The notes beneath the pieces were generated by a model, which worked only from the letters and a program-made list of their open reading frames with translations, ran no database searches and was not told where the DNA came from. Below are positions 1-13,412 of a stretch of 64,000 bases of DNA, piece by piece. The stretch is from Octopus vulgaris (lineage: Eukaryota), in the NCBI GenBank assembly GCA_951406725.2, contig OX597817.1, forward strand, positions 159,278,001 to 159,342,000, written 5' to 3'. Every line of letters starts with the position of its first letter. Positions within the stretch are counted from its first letter, which is position 1. A program made the translations under genes and the position numbers.

Positions 1-499
1 GTGTCATACGTCAATTCCTACTTAACATTTCATATACCTTCACTCTACATTAAAGAGTAATTAACACTATTGACTGCCTCACGGTAGCTGTTCTGACTTT
101 CTGTACTCTGAGTTCAAATCCTGCCAGGACCAGTTTTGCCTTGCTCTGGGGCTCTTGGTTTCGGGCTCGATAAGAAAACAAAAAAATACTGTTTAGGATG
201 GATTGACGAAGTTGTTAAGGCACTGAATGAGTCTCCTCCATGTGGAAGAGTCGCTTTGGTTCTGTACATTCTGAGTTCAATTTCCTCGTCATAAAATAAA
301 TAAATAGATAAATAAATAAATAAATAAATAAATAAAACATTTTGAAAGTGGTGACGCTTCTGCCGAAGTTGCATCCGACAGATAGCATCAATAATTGGGT
401 AAAACCAACGGAGCTTTCTTGGTTCGACCAGAAAGATCGACTGCCCCCACTACTAAACACTACAGCACTATTGATTTCAATGAAGAGAAGATATGGTAG

Positions 500-750
500 T
501 GAAGACGCGTAGCTTAGTGGTTAAGAATATTAGACTCATGGTCGTAAGATTGTGGTTTCGATTCCTGGACCAGGCGATGCGTTGTGCTCTTGAGCAAAAC
601 ATTTTGTTTCGCGTTACTCCAGTTCAGTCAGCAAGCAAAAAATGAGTACTTCTGCTGCGGACTGGCATCCTATCCAGGGGACAGTATATTCGCCAGAGAA
701 TCCAGGAAAGTGGCCCAATGGGTCTATATGACTAGGAGATAAACTTTATT
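500..750 (+). mobile_element. Degenerate tRNA-derived SINE (family C)
   Basis: tRNA-like head (tagcttagtggttaag ... ggtttcgattcc, A/B boxes) followed by gttgtgctcttgagcaa..ttc.cgtt.ctccagttca.tcagc, which is shared with 3531-3786 and 11738-12070. Confidence 0.7.
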
Positions 751-1784
751 CATTTGTATCCTTTAAAATATGAAGTTCTTGTTAGGTAAGTCACAGGATG
801 ACAAACAGTGGCCATAGTCTTTGCAGGCTTTCTTAACCTCATGGGCAGTGATGTGGCTCGGTGAAGGGTGAGGGGCCGATCAAACCTAGCTGATACTTTT
901 ATGGAGGTGGCACTTTTGGCTGGTGGGGCCTGAGGTTGGAGGACCACAAACTTAAAGGCTGCTCTAGGAGGCACACGCTACACTGTACCACTGTTGTTGG
1001 AACTGACTGACAGCACATATAACCATCATGGTCTATGCTTCCGGAAAAAGAACCAAAAAAATGATTGGAGGAGTCTGGTTTAAAGGCTTGCGTGGATATA
1101 GTTGTGTGTTTTAGAAGTTCCCTTTACAACTATATAGTTTCGAGTTTGATAACACTGCACGCACCTTAGAGAAGGGTGAGGGAGACATAATAATGAATCT
1201 GAAGGAAGAGGTGTACGGTGGATCAAGAAATGGAAGAAAATGGTGTCTTGTACCATATCCTCGGATCGACCAACTCCTTGTGAGTGAAATTTGGTTCGCA
1301 AAGAGGCAATGTTTCGAGGAAGATGGTGCTGTTAAGTAACATGACAACGGATTAATATATCACTCAAAAACAAAAATGGTCTTTTCGATGACTTCCACTT
1401 AGCTCCTCCACTTATCTCGGTGGGGTTTCGGAATGTATCATCCGGTCGCGCTGCTTATACGGATTCCCGTAACTCTGTCGCCATCCAATTTTATTATAAA
1501 TTGAATTGAGAGCTTGAGTCGTATTGAATCTTTCATTAGCTGATTGCACAACGGTGGACGTCGCTCTTTTGAACTCATTGTAGTAACTCTGTTGATAGAG
1601 CTTGGTAATCCTGGCTGTTGATCTACGAATCTTCGGCTCAACATCAATGTAAGAAGCACCGTTGAGCTGCAGTTCCATGACTTCGTCGAATCCTTTGCAG
1701 GGCGGCTGAACTGGCGCAAAGCCTTGTCAAAGAGCAGCCCGTAACTATGCCGAGCACGGTCGTCTTTCCGTGTACCCTTTCGGA

Positions 1785-1785
<1 letters not shown>

Positions 1786-1865
<80 letters not shown>

Positions 1866-1877
1866 TGTGTGTGTGTG
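1786..1877. repeat. (TG)n microsatellite, representative of dozens of (TG)n/(TA)n/(CA)n/(TACA)n tracts across the window
   Basis: Direct reading. Confidence 0.95.
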
Positions 1878-2059
1878 GTAAGATGGTGGTTTTCATTCCC
1901 AGTCCACTCGGATGTAAAAAGGTAATCCTGCGACGGACTGCCGTTCCGTTCAGGGATAAAGTTGGCCTACTCACCTACCCACCGGGTGGCATCATTCGAA
2001 AGCTACAACAAGGCGAAGCACATTGTGACCAGCGGACGTTGTTATACACCACGATATAA

Positions 2060-2090
<31 letters not shown>

Positions 2091-2274
2091 ATGCCTTTCT
2101 CCGCTTCGCTTTACATTTATTCGAATATGTACATTTTGGTCCTTGTGTGATTGGGTAAGCGAACACTTTGTCATACGGTTTCAATTCAAAGCTAGAGGAC
2201 CAAATTAAATCCAGATCCGGAACAAACTAGTGATATACTTCATGCCAATTAATAGGAATGGATTCAGTTTAAGA

Positions 2275-2310
<36 letters not shown>

Positions 2311-2701
2311 TGTGTGTGCGTGTGTGTGTGTAGCAGCATGAAACGTCTCAGTGCCTATTTTGATTAACTGGCATGAAAAACCAAGAGGAAATTTTGTTCC
2401 TCTTCATACATGAATCCAAAGGATGGACCCTCTCCTTCGTTACGCATCGGATTGTGGGTCTGACTCGAACTTTGGAGACGGCTTGAATTGTTCAGAGATG
2501 AGTATATCGTGACTCTGGAGAGAAAGAGTCAAGGTACAGGCTTACAATTTTGGCTACTCTGAGATATGTTCACCAGGAGGAGTCCTCAATGAGGGTGTTC
2601 CTTTTGTAGTGACATTTAGTCTTCTAGTTGTAGGTGTTCAGATATAGAGGAGAATGTATTAATGCTTTCTTGATATTATATTTCCTTACATACACACACA
2701 C

Positions 2702-3069
<368 letters not shown>

Positions 3070-3107
3070 CGTGCGTGCGTGTGTGTATATATATATATAT
3101 ATATATA

Positions 3108-3512
3108 CTCTTAACTCTTTTACTTGTTTCAGTCATTTGACTGTGGCCATGTTGGAGCAGCGCCTTTAGTCGAGCAAATCGAGCCCAGGACTTATTCTTT
3201 GTAAGCCCAGTACTTATTCTATCGGTCTCTTTTGGCGATCCGCTAAGTTACGGGGACGTAAACATACCAGCATCGGGGGGGGGGGGACAAACACAGACAC
3301 ACAAACATATACATACATACATACATATATATATATATATACATATATATGACGGGCTTCTTTCAGTTTCCGCCAACCAAATCCACTCACAAGGCTTTGG
3401 TTTTCCAGAGGCTATCGTAGAAGACACTTGCCCAAGGTGCCATGCAGTGGGACTGAACCCGTAACCTTGTGGTTCGTAAGCAAGCTACTTACCACACAGC
3501 CACTCCTACGCC
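3108..3512 (-). mobile_element. tRNA-derived SINE family A (~430 bp, internal (TA)n/(TG)n), full length
   Basis: Reverse complement of the ggcg(c/t)aggagtggctgtgtggtaagtagc ... gactgaaacaagtaaaagag consensus seen at 12975, 13903 and 18179. Confidence 0.9.
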
Positions 3513-3530
3513 TATATATATATATATATA

Positions 3531-3786
3531 TGTGTTGTGTTCTTGAGCAAGGCACTTTATTTCACGTTGCTCCAGTTCACTCAGCTGTAGAAATGAGTTG
3601 CGACGTCACTGGTGCCAAGCTGTATCGGCCCTTGCCTTTCCCTTGGATAACACTGGTGGCGTGGAGAGGGCAGGCCGGTATGCATGGGCGACTGCTGGTC
3701 TTCCATAAACAACCTTGCCCGGACTTGTGTCTAGGAGGGTAACTTTCTAGGTGCAATCCCATGGTCATTCATGACCGAAGGGTGTC
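3531..3786 (+). mobile_element. SINE family C, 5'-truncated
   Basis: Close match to the reverse complement of 11738-12000. Confidence 0.85.
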
Positions 3787-3803
3787 TTTTTTTTGTGTGT
3801 GTG

Positions 3804-3853
<50 letters not shown>

Positions 3854-3854
3854 C

Positions 3855-3896
<42 letters not shown>

Positions 3897-3898
3897 AG

Positions 3899-4020
3899 TA
3901 CTTTTTTTTTTTTAGCCTGATACTTATTTTATCGCTCGATTTTGCCAAACCGCTATCACATGCGACATAAATATACCAACGTCGGTTGTCAAGCGATGAT
4001 GAGGAACAAATATAGACACG

Positions 4021-4088
<68 letters not shown>

Positions 4089-4235
4089 TGTATGCGACGG
4101 GCTTCCTTCAGTTTCCTTCTACTAAATCCATTCACAAAGCTGTGGTTGGCCCAAGGGTTGCCCAACGTGCCACGCTGTAGGACTGAACCCCGGAAACATG
4201 CGGTTGAGAAGCAAACATCTTACTACACATCCATA
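3899..4235 (-). mobile_element. SINE family A, degenerate partial copy
   Basis: tacttatttt..cgctc..tttgccaaaccgcta, cgacgggcttc.ttcagtttcc and ggactgaaccc blocks. Confidence 0.75.
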
Positions 4236-4440
4236 TATTCATATATATATATATATATACATACGTATACTCCATCATTCAGGCTTACCACACAACCTCT
4301 TATGCTTCTCCGCAAAAGGAGAGACGATGAAAGCCAGTGATGGACGAAAAAAAAAACACTCCCTCCCAACCTCGAACGCATGCGTTCCATTTTCTGTCTT
4401 TAACACATGCAAATCTTGAGGCTGATTTCTCTTCTCTGCA

Positions 4441-4508
4441 ACCGCCGCCGCCGCCGCCGCCATCACCACCACCACCATCACCACTATCACCACCACCACC
4501 ACCACCAT

Positions 4509-4591
<83 letters not shown>

Positions 4592-5133
4592 ATACTACTA
4601 CTACCACCACCACCACCACCATCACTACTACTAATACTACCACCGCCACCACCATCACCACTACCACTACTACTACCACAACTAACACCAGCACCACTAC
4701 TACTACTACCACCACCACCACCACAAAACCACCACCGCAACTACCACTACCACAACTACCACCACCACCACCACCACCACCACCATCACCATCACCATTA
4801 CTACTACTACTACTACTACTACTACTATTATTATTATTACTACTACTACCACAACAACCACCACCACAACTACCACCACCACCATTTACACTACTACCAC
4901 CATCACCATTTACACTACTGCTACTAACAGCAACAACAACAACAACAACGCTAATGCCATACCACTTTCTTTAATATCCCGCGGTCACCACTAACACCGC
5001 CAATACCAACCACCGTCAGCACAACCACCAAATGTTTCAACCACCGCTACCATCACTTTTAAACTATACCATCAATAATAACCTCGCAAATACCACCGCA
5101 GTCAGCAACCTCACTATTGCCGCCACCACCACC

Positions 5134-5165
<32 letters not shown>

Positions 5166-5325
5166 CAACAACAACACTCCCACCACTACCGCGGCTACCA
5201 TATTCCCAACCACACCAATACCATCAGCATCTTCACCACTAACATCATCATCCACCATCTCTCTTCGCCGCAAACCACCACCACCACCACCACCACCACC
5301 GCCACCGCAACCACTTCACTCACCA
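4441..5325. repeat. Compound trinucleotide repeat field (CCG/CAC/TAC/AAC)n
   Basis: Direct reading; source of the poly-P/H/Y/V ORFs. Confidence 0.9.
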
Positions 5326-5729
5326 ATGCCACCGAGAGGGACGCCAACCTTTTGCTCGAAGTGCTAGAACAAGCAGCCAGGTCTCTGTCATTGAATAATT
5401 GTTTCTGATTTTGGCACAAAGTCAACAGCTTTGAGAAGAAGGGGAAGTCGATTACACTTTGAACCCCAGTAGGTGACTGGTACTTATTTTATCGACCCCC
5501 CCCCCGAAGGGATGAAAAGCAAAGTTGACCTTGGCAGAATTTGAACTCAGAACGTAAAGAATCGGAAGAGAATGCCGCCAAGCTACAACGAATAATGTAC
5601 GCTCAAAATATACGATGTTTGAAAAGGAGGCAGGATGGCCATATCTGGAACAGTGATGATCAATAGGTCATTTCAGTTAGGACTGGCCTGGGGCTAAGAA
5701 GCAACGACGTCGTCGTCGTCACTGTAACC

Positions 5730-5761
<32 letters not shown>

Positions 5762-5948
5762 CGCCATCAGCAGTATCATCTGTACAACAGACCACGTGAC
5801 TGTGTGTGCAATAATGCTGAAGTTACGGTGTTCTCATCCACCTGTCAGCACTGTTTCACTTTCACAAATGATAGCCAATATACACTTTCTTGCATTCAAT
5901 ATGGCAATGCATCAGATTCTTCTTTTCTCTTCTTTTTTCCCCCTGCCT

Positions 5949-5996
<48 letters not shown>

Positions 5997-6111
5997 TTTT
6001 CTTTCTTCCTTTCTTCTTTTCCTCATTCTGCCTCCAAAGCACCACAGTGATGTTTGTATGCATGCATGTATTGTATGTATGTATGTATGTATGTATGTAT
6101 GTCTGTATGTA

Positions 6112-6146
<35 letters not shown>

Positions 6147-6390
6147 ATGTATGTATGTATGTATGTATGTATGTATGGCCAGATTGGAGTAATCTCAAGA
6201 TTAATCAGCCGAAATTGCGAGGATGATCCGGTTCTTGACTGAGGATAAAAGGCTTCGTATGACCCATCCTTGTTTTTTTTGTATCGTCTATCTGGATGTT
6301 TTGTTGTCCCTTTTTGTATTACCTATTTGTATGGATGCTTTGCGTTCTTGTTCCATTTTGTATTTTATTATATATATATATATATATATA

Positions 6391-6615
6391 GTCAATTCAA
6401 AGAACAAACAATTAAAAAAACCAGAAAAAATGGAGAAAACGAACATGAGGACATGCACAAGAAATATATTAATTTGACGCTTGTGAAAGGAGAAAGTTGT
6501 TAACGTTTCGAGCATAGCTCTTCGTCGGAAAGAGAGAAGTCCATATACGAAGAAGGAAAAGTAAAAAAAAATCGTCACCAATCTACGTGCAGTTATATTT
6601 CTGAAATGGAGAGGA
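6391..6615 (-). mobile_element. PLE pLTR-like mini-element with a hammerhead-like motif, embedded in (TA)n
   Basis: Minus strand 6501-6528 reads CCGACGA-A-GAGC-TAT-GCTC-GAAAC-GTTA; flanked by (TA)n. Confidence 0.65.
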
Positions 6616-6636
6616 AATTATATATATATATATATA

Positions 6637-7010
6637 GTGACGCATATTTGCCATTTGAATATGGCTAACCCCTAAGGGTGGATGCTACTGTAGTTTGTAG
6701 CCCCAGGAAGATATCTCCTCCAGCTGGCTATAGACACACTATCTGTGCCCTCTCAGTATTTGTCTTCTTCTTCTTCTTCTTCTTCTTCTTCTTCTTCTTC
6801 TTCTTCTTGGGAAGACGGGGAGGATGACTTCCCTTCACAAATACTGAGAGGGCAGAGATAGTGTGTCTATAGCCAGCTGGAGGAGATATCTTCCTGGGGC
6901 TACAAACTACAGTAGCATCCACCCTTAGGGGTTAGCCATATTCAAATGGCAAATATGCGTCACGATGTGTTACCGCTACTGTTTATAACTCGCTCTGAGA
7001 TTTATCATTG

Positions 7011-7012
<2 letters not shown>
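6637..7012. mobile_element. Fold-back element: 127-bp inverted repeat plus a ~50-bp tail, PLE-like
   Basis: Arms 6637-6763 and 6837-6963 with 1 mismatch; spacer is (TTC)n plus ~28 bp; tail 6964-7012 resembles 31136-31185; (TA)n on both sides. Confidence 0.8.
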
Positions 7013-7059
<47 letters not shown>

Positions 7060-7065
<6 letters not shown>

Positions 7066-7290
7066 GCCTGAAGAGTAATCAGCGGTATATACCTCGCTTG
7101 GATTTTTACCACTTCTGAGGTTCCGCTCGCTATGAAACATATCTGGCCCGGATTTTTCCTTGTCCATTCCGTAACTTTTGTATTCTTTTTCGCACACTTG
7201 GCAACCTTGGTCGCCTACCGTGGAATATAAAAAGAACTTTTTTCTGCTCAATAAACCAGTATTCTTCCTGAAAGTTGTATTTTTATATTT
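7060..7290 (+). mobile_element. Probable PLE pLTR fragment with a degenerate hammerhead and extended stem II
   Basis: ggc-CTGAAGA ... AGCGG..ACCTC/GAGGT..CCGCT ... GAAACATATC-tggcc at 7065-7148; downstream AATAAA; abuts (TA)n. Confidence 0.45.
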
Positions 7291-7341
7291 ACTATGGATT
7301 GCTCGAAGCTAACTTTCTTCCTACACCTCGATCCATGGATC

Positions 7342-7419
<78 letters not shown>

Positions 7420-7505
7420 GTGTGTGTGCGTGTGTGTGTGCGTGCGTGTGTGCAGAAGCATATTAAGTGTGTCTGCCTGTTTGTATGTGTATTTATATAT
7501 ATATA

Positions 7506-7695
7506 GTCAATCCAAACACGAACAAGCAAGAAAAAACAACAACGTGAGGACGTAGAATAAGTACAGTGATATTGGACGCTCAGGAAAAGAAAGAAAAGAA
7601 AGAGGATTTGACGTTTCGAGCGGAGCTCTTCGTCAGAAATATAGAAAAAGTTCAAAGAAGGGAAGACGGAGAAAGAAAATCGCCAAAGAGACACA
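7506..7695 (-). mobile_element. PLE pLTR-like mini-element
   Basis: Same family as 2751-2950; 3' end abuts (TA)n. Confidence 0.7.
7606..7640 (-). ncRNA. Minimal type I hammerhead ribozyme motif with canonical core
   Basis: AUUU-CUGACGA-A-GAGC-UCC-GCUC-GAAAC-GUC^AAAU: stem I AUUU/AAAU, stem II GAGC/GCUC, palindromic ACGU in place of stem III, GUC cleavage triplet. Confidence 0.7.
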
Positions 7696-7845
7696 CTTAA
7701 TATGCTTCTGCACAGCTTTTACCAAATTATTCTTGAGGTTTACTCCTAGTTTTGATCAAATGTTCCAACCGTGAAAATCTTTTATTTATTTATTTATTTA
7801 TTTATGTTTCAAATGTAGTGTATCTAATAGTGCATCTTTGTTTAT

Positions 7846-8050
7846 CTTTTTTTTTTCAGTCATTGAACTGCGGCCATGCTGAGGCACCATACTGAAGGGT
7901 TTAGTCGGACATTTCGACTCCAAGGACTTATTTTTAAAGTACGGCACTCTTTTGCTGAGCCTCTGAGTTACTAGGACGTAAACAAACCAACACTGGTTAT
8001 CAAGTAGTGGTTGGGGAGCACACAAACATAAAGACACATTCATACATACA

Positions 8051-8107
<57 letters not shown>

Positions 8108-8181
8108 GCACACACATACACACACACATATATATATGAGGGGCTTGCGCAGATGGGTTGAACCCGAATCTACGTGGTTGC

Positions 8182-8185
<4 letters not shown>
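7846..8185 (-). mobile_element. SINE family A, degenerate
   Basis: ttcagtcatt..actgcggccatgctg ... ccaacactggttatcaag ... gaacccg blocks. Confidence 0.7.
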
Positions 8186-8220
<35 letters not shown>

Positions 8221-8741
8221 ATCAGGTCGAAATTATAGAAGTTTGAGCTGAACTTTAAAACATTAACTACATCCACTTCATCTACAAGGAGCTTCTACTT
8301 GACCTGCTAGAAATAACAAACCAAATTTCTTGAAACTAGGCCCTTCATTCTTACAATCAAGGGTAAATTGCAGCTGAAAACCGGAAAAACCAAAATATAT
8401 GAAAGACAAAACCGGATGGTTATAGGCTTCAATGCCTTTGATCTTAGCAAGAGCCATGTTGAAAATAATGATGTTGAAACTGTTAAGATTGGTGAAAGTG
8501 GTTATATTGATGAGGAGGAAGAGGAGAAGGCGTATACCCCATCTTTTTGTTCATCTCTGTCCAATGTCTCACTTTATTTAATAAAACCTAGTAGTGATTT
8601 GAGGTGAAGTTTGGTTGCAGTTTCTAGTAAGTTCGAGTAACTGGATAAAGCGCCAGACAAGAGTTCACACACCAGCAAGTACGCACCTAAATGAAAGGAT
8701 TTTGGTCGAGAAGGTGGAACAAACAGGCATTATTACAAATT

Positions 8742-8774
8742 ACGACAATTGTTTCGGTGCATCATTATCAGGTG
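8742..8774 (-). ncRNA. Degenerate hammerhead-like motif in a probable PLE pLTR relic
   Basis: cac-CTGATAA-TGATGCACC-GAAAC-AATT-GTC-gt; palindromic ACAATTGT stem III; G8 mutated. Confidence 0.45.
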
Positions 8775-9132
8775 CTAATTCATGGAAGATATATATATTA
8801 TACACATTATTATATTAGTATTCCACCGAGGTCGACTTTGCCTTTCATCCTTTCGGGGTCGATAAATTAAGTACCAGTTGCGTACTGGGGTCGATCTAAT
8901 CGACTGGCCTTGTGCCTAGAGTAGAAAAGATTATTACATTAGTATGATGTAACAATAGCTGTATGCCTGCACGTCTTCAGGTGAGTGGGATCCAGAGTAC
9001 TGCTAGATCATCTTTAGTTTCTCTATGTTTTACATCCACACCATTATGTTATTTTTAGCATTCCGCTGACAAAGAATAACACAGAAATATAAAGAGATAC
9101 AAATGAGAAAAATACCAAAAATCAATTACTAA

Positions 9133-9530
9133 TCTTTATATATAAAAGTAAGGTTGTGTGTCTGTCTCCTACGATTTAGATTCCTAACTACTCCCACATT
9201 TTGCGGTGCAGTTTAACCAAAACCGGGTATCTTATAGTCGTGATTCATATGGAGCCCTTCTGGGTATTAGTGCGCGTCTACGATGAGTCTACGATTTAAA
9301 GAATAATTTACCATCATTTTTTTCCATTTTAATGCATTTTTTCGCTATTATATAAGGGAAGTAACTCTCTAAAAATGTCTACGATGAGTCAACGATTTAA
9401 AAAAAAAATTACCATCATTTTTTCCCCATTTTTAATGCATTGTTTTGCTATTTTTTGGCTATAACTCTCTAAAAATGCTTATATAGTTATTTCCCTTACA
9501 AACCCGAGCAACGCCGGGCGATACTGCTAG
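9133..9530 (+). mobile_element. Non-autonomous Helitron-like element
   Basis: Inserted between A and T; 5' TC(tttatatataaa); 3' hairpin CCCG-agcaacgc-CGGG (9503-9518) then CTAG; internal ~100-bp tandem duplication (9277-9478). Confidence 0.75.
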
Positions 9531-9914
9531 TAATAGAAATTAAAAAAATAAAGAAACCCCTTATTCGTTTCATCCTTATACACAGTCTTGTCTTGATTTT
9601 TAAGAAAATAAACGAACATTCTAAGATAATAATGTTATACAATGATAAACTTGAACAATTACTTGTCTTTTGTGTCTGTCACCGTTCCAGTTCAAAGAAA
9701 ATCAGTGGCATATGGTCACTTGCTAAGCAGGGCAGGAGACCAAAACCTGCCCGTTTACAGACTTATATTGGCTGCATAGCTTTACTGTCGTGGGCTTTGT
9801 CACAGTTGCTTTACAAGTGATTAAGAGAAGCTATTAAACCAAGAAGATTCACTTGCGTGAACACTTATACACATATGCATATACTTTTATTTAACACTAA
9901 TGTTCACACGTATG

Positions 9915-9955
<41 letters not shown>

Positions 9956-9977
9956 CCAGAACCATATATATATATAA

Positions 9978-10102
<125 letters not shown>

Positions 10103-10105
10103 ATA

Positions 10106-10338
10106 AGGCGGCGATCTGGCAGAAACGTTAGCGCGCCGGGCGAAATGCTTGGCGGTATTTCGTCTGTCGTTACGTTCTGAGTTCAAATTCCGCCGGGGTC
10201 GACTTTGCCGTTCATCCTTTCGGGATCGATAAAATAAAGTACCAATTTCGCACTGGGGGTCGATGTAATCGACTTAATCCCTTTATCTGTCCTTGTTCGT
10301 CCCCTCTATGTTTAGCCCCTTGTGGGCAGTAAAGAAAA
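10106..10338 (+). mobile_element. SINE family B (~230 bp)
   Basis: aggcggcga.ctggcagaaacgttagc ... gagttcaaattcc (B box) ... gtaaagaaa. Confidence 0.9.
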
Positions 10339-10581
10339 TACACTCACATTTTTTCACTCTCGTGAAAGTGTATCGTTTCATGCTGCTCTATACATGCATG
10401 TATATATGCATATAGATATGTATGTAAGTAGGTGTTGGTTGTATTCATTCATACATATACATATAGACGTCTTTGTGACAATAGCTGGAGTTTATTGAAG
10501 TTGTCTCCTCTTCCTGGTCCTTTACAATTTCACCTCGGAAAACATCATGCAGAACATATGTGACTTTCACACCTCCATATC

Positions 10582-11246
10582 TTATTTCTTTACTGCCCAT
10601 AAGGGGCTACTCACAGAAGGGACAAACAAGGACAGACAAACGGATTAGTCGATTATATCGACCCCAGTGCGCAACTGGTACTTATCTAATCGACCCCGAA
10701 AGGATGAAAGGCAAAGTCAACCTCGGCGGAATTTGAACTCAGAACATAACAGCAGACGAAATACCTGTTTCTTTACTACCCACAAGGGGCTAAACACAGA
10801 GGGGACAAACAAGGACAGACAAACGGATTAAGTTGATTATATCGACCCCAGTGCGTAACTGGTACTTATTTAATCGACCCCGAAAGGATGAAAGGCAAAA
10901 TCGACCTCGGCGGAATTTGAACTCAGAAGGCGGCGAGCTGGCAGAAACGTTAGCACGCCGGGCGAAATGCGTAGCCGTATTTCGTCTGTCGTTACGCTGT
11001 GAGTTCAAATTCCGCCGAGGTCGACTTTGCCTTTCATCCTTTCGGGGTCGATAAATTAAGTACCAGTTACGCACTGGGGTCGATGGAATCGACTTAATGC
11101 CTATGTCTGTCCTTGTTTGTCCCATCTATGTTTAGCCCCTTGTGGGTAATAAAGAAATAGGAATTTGAACTCAGAACGTAGCGGCAGACGAAATGTTGCT
11201 AAACATTTCGCCCGGCGTGCTAACAACTCTGCCAGCTCGCAGCCTT
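10582..11246 (-). mobile_element. SINE B dimer (minus strand) interrupted by a plus-strand SINE B at 10929-11159
   Basis: 17-bp TSD ggaatttgaactcagaa at 10912-10928 and 11160-11176. Confidence 0.9.
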
Positions 11247-11617
11247 ATCACACCTCCATTTCTGTCGGACGACATTCACCTTGCAACTCTCGTTTTGTTG
11301 ATAATATCAGCACACTGGAAGACAGCGAAGCAGAAAACTCTTGCAACTCACCACTAGACTGGAACTTGCGTCAAAAGCGTACGGATGGGAGAGCATTTCA
11401 GAAAAGAACATACATGATTCTGATCAATATCCACAACCAGGAAGTACCAATCAACATCATGCTGAACTATGAAGAGAAAAAAATTAGTAAAAAAATTTAG
11501 CACTAAATAAGGGGTACGACACGTTCCCCTTATTTAGTAAATGTATCTTTTGCAAGTACATGTACCCCTTACAAGTAAATACCGTATATCCATCCATCCA
11601 TCCATCCATCCATCCAT

Positions 11618-11656
<39 letters not shown>

Positions 11657-11737
11657 CCCAGCCACCCAGCCAGCCAGCCATCCGTCAATCCACCCATGCA
11701 TACATACATACATACATACATACATACATACATTCTG

Positions 11738-12070
11738 AGACCCGCTTCGGTCACGACATAGACCATGGGATTGCACCTAGAAAGTTACCCTCCCAGGCAC
11801 AAGTCTGGGCAAAGTTGTTTATGGAAGACCAGCAGTCGCCCATGCATACCGCCCCGTCCCCTCTCCAAGCCACCAGTATTATCCAAGGGAAAGGCAGCAG
11901 CCGATGCAGCTTGGCACCCGTGATGCAACTCATTTCTACAGCTGAGTGAACTGGAGCAACGTGAAATAAAGTGTCTTGCTCAAGAACACAACACGCAGCC
12001 CGGTCCGGGATTCGAGCTCACAACCTCATGATCGTAAGCTCGACGTTCTAACCACTGAGCCATACGCCTT
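11738..12070 (-). mobile_element. SINE family C, full length
   Basis: Minus-strand head ggcgtatggctcagtggttagaacg ... gagctcgaatccc; body shared with 3531-3786. Confidence 0.85.
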
Positions 12071-12137
12071 CATACATACATACATACACACATACATACA
12101 TACATACATACATACATACATACATACATACATACAT

Positions 12138-12372
12138 ACCTGTTTGTTTACTACCCACCAGGGGCTAAACACAGAGGAGACAAACAACGACAGACAGACG
12201 GATTAAGTCGATTATATCGACCCTAGTGCGTAAGTGGTACTTAATTTATCGACCCCGAAAGGATGAAAGGCAAAGTCGACCTCGGCGGTATTTGAACTCA
12301 GAACGTAATGGCAGACGAAATACGGCTACGCATTACGCCAGGCGTGCTAACAGTTCTGCCAGCTCGCTGCCC
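12138..12372 (-). mobile_element. SINE family B in a (TACA)n tract
   Basis: Reverse complement of the family B consensus. Confidence 0.9.
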
Positions 12373-12974
12373 TCGATATACATACATACATACATACATA
12401 CATACATACATACATACATACATACATACATACATACATGCATGCATACATACATACATACATACATACATACATACATACATACATACATTCATACATA
12501 CTGTACATATGATGGTAGTCTCTCGTAGCCCGAGAAAGGCGGTTTAGCAATATCTTGCTGAATAGCCTGTACAAATGATTTGTTTCTAGCAACCAAATGT
12601 ATGAGCTGTACATGAAGCTCACTCCTTCCATCAAATAAACGTTACCTGAACAGGTGCACAGAGTACCACATGTCAGGTGTCGAGGTGATCATAAAACAAT
12701 GTGAGGTGAAGTGCTTTGCTCAAGAACACAATGCACCGCCTGGTCCAGGAATTGAAACAACGATCTCGAGATCGCGTGTGCAACATCATAACTACTATAT
12801 CATGCTCGCTCGACACACACATACACATACATACATACAAGAGTACCCTGTTGATGTTATCTAAATTTCAAGGGAAGATGGTGTTTTTGTCGTTTTTTTT
12901 TATCCAGGCTTAGAAACAGGTTATTTCTCCATTATGATAAATTTGAAAAATATAACCAAAGAAACATACATACA

Positions 12975-13147
12975 GGCGTAGGAGTGGCTGTGTGGTAAGT
13001 AGCTTTCTTACCAACCACATGGTTCCGGGTTCAGTCCCATTGCGTGGCATCTTAGGCAAGTGTCTTCTACTATAACCTCGGGTCGACCAAAGCCTAGCGA
13101 GTGGATTTGGTAGACGGAAACTGAAAGAAACCCGTCGTATATATGTA

Positions 13148-13200
<53 letters not shown>

Positions 13201-13412
13201 GTGTGTATATGTTTGTGTGTCTGTGTTTGTCCCCCAACATCGCTTGACAACAGATGCTGGTGTTTTTACGTCCCCGTAACTTAGCGGTTCGGCAAAACAG
13301 ACCGATAGAATAAGTACTAGGCTTACAAAGAATAAGTCTTGTGGTCGATTTGCTCGACTAAGAGGTGGTACTCCAGCATGACCACAGTCAAATGACTGAA
13401 ACAAGTAAAAGA
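12975..13412 (+). mobile_element. SINE family A, full length
   Basis: Full consensus from tRNA-like head to aacaagtaaaaga tail. Confidence 0.9.

Noticed and set aside
750-2200. Minus-strand ORFs (74-178 aa) in non-microsatellite sequence
   Set aside because: No motif I can recognise; possibly an old retroelement fragment, but unsupported without a search
4275-5425. Poly-Pro/His/Val/Gly ORFs up to 196 aa
   Set aside because: Translations of trinucleotide microsatellites; open in several frames and on both strands; no domain or splice support
11990-12070. tRNA-like sequences (also at 500-570, 12975-13045, 17599-17670)
   Set aside because: They are SINE heads continuous with SINE bodies; no complete cloverleaf
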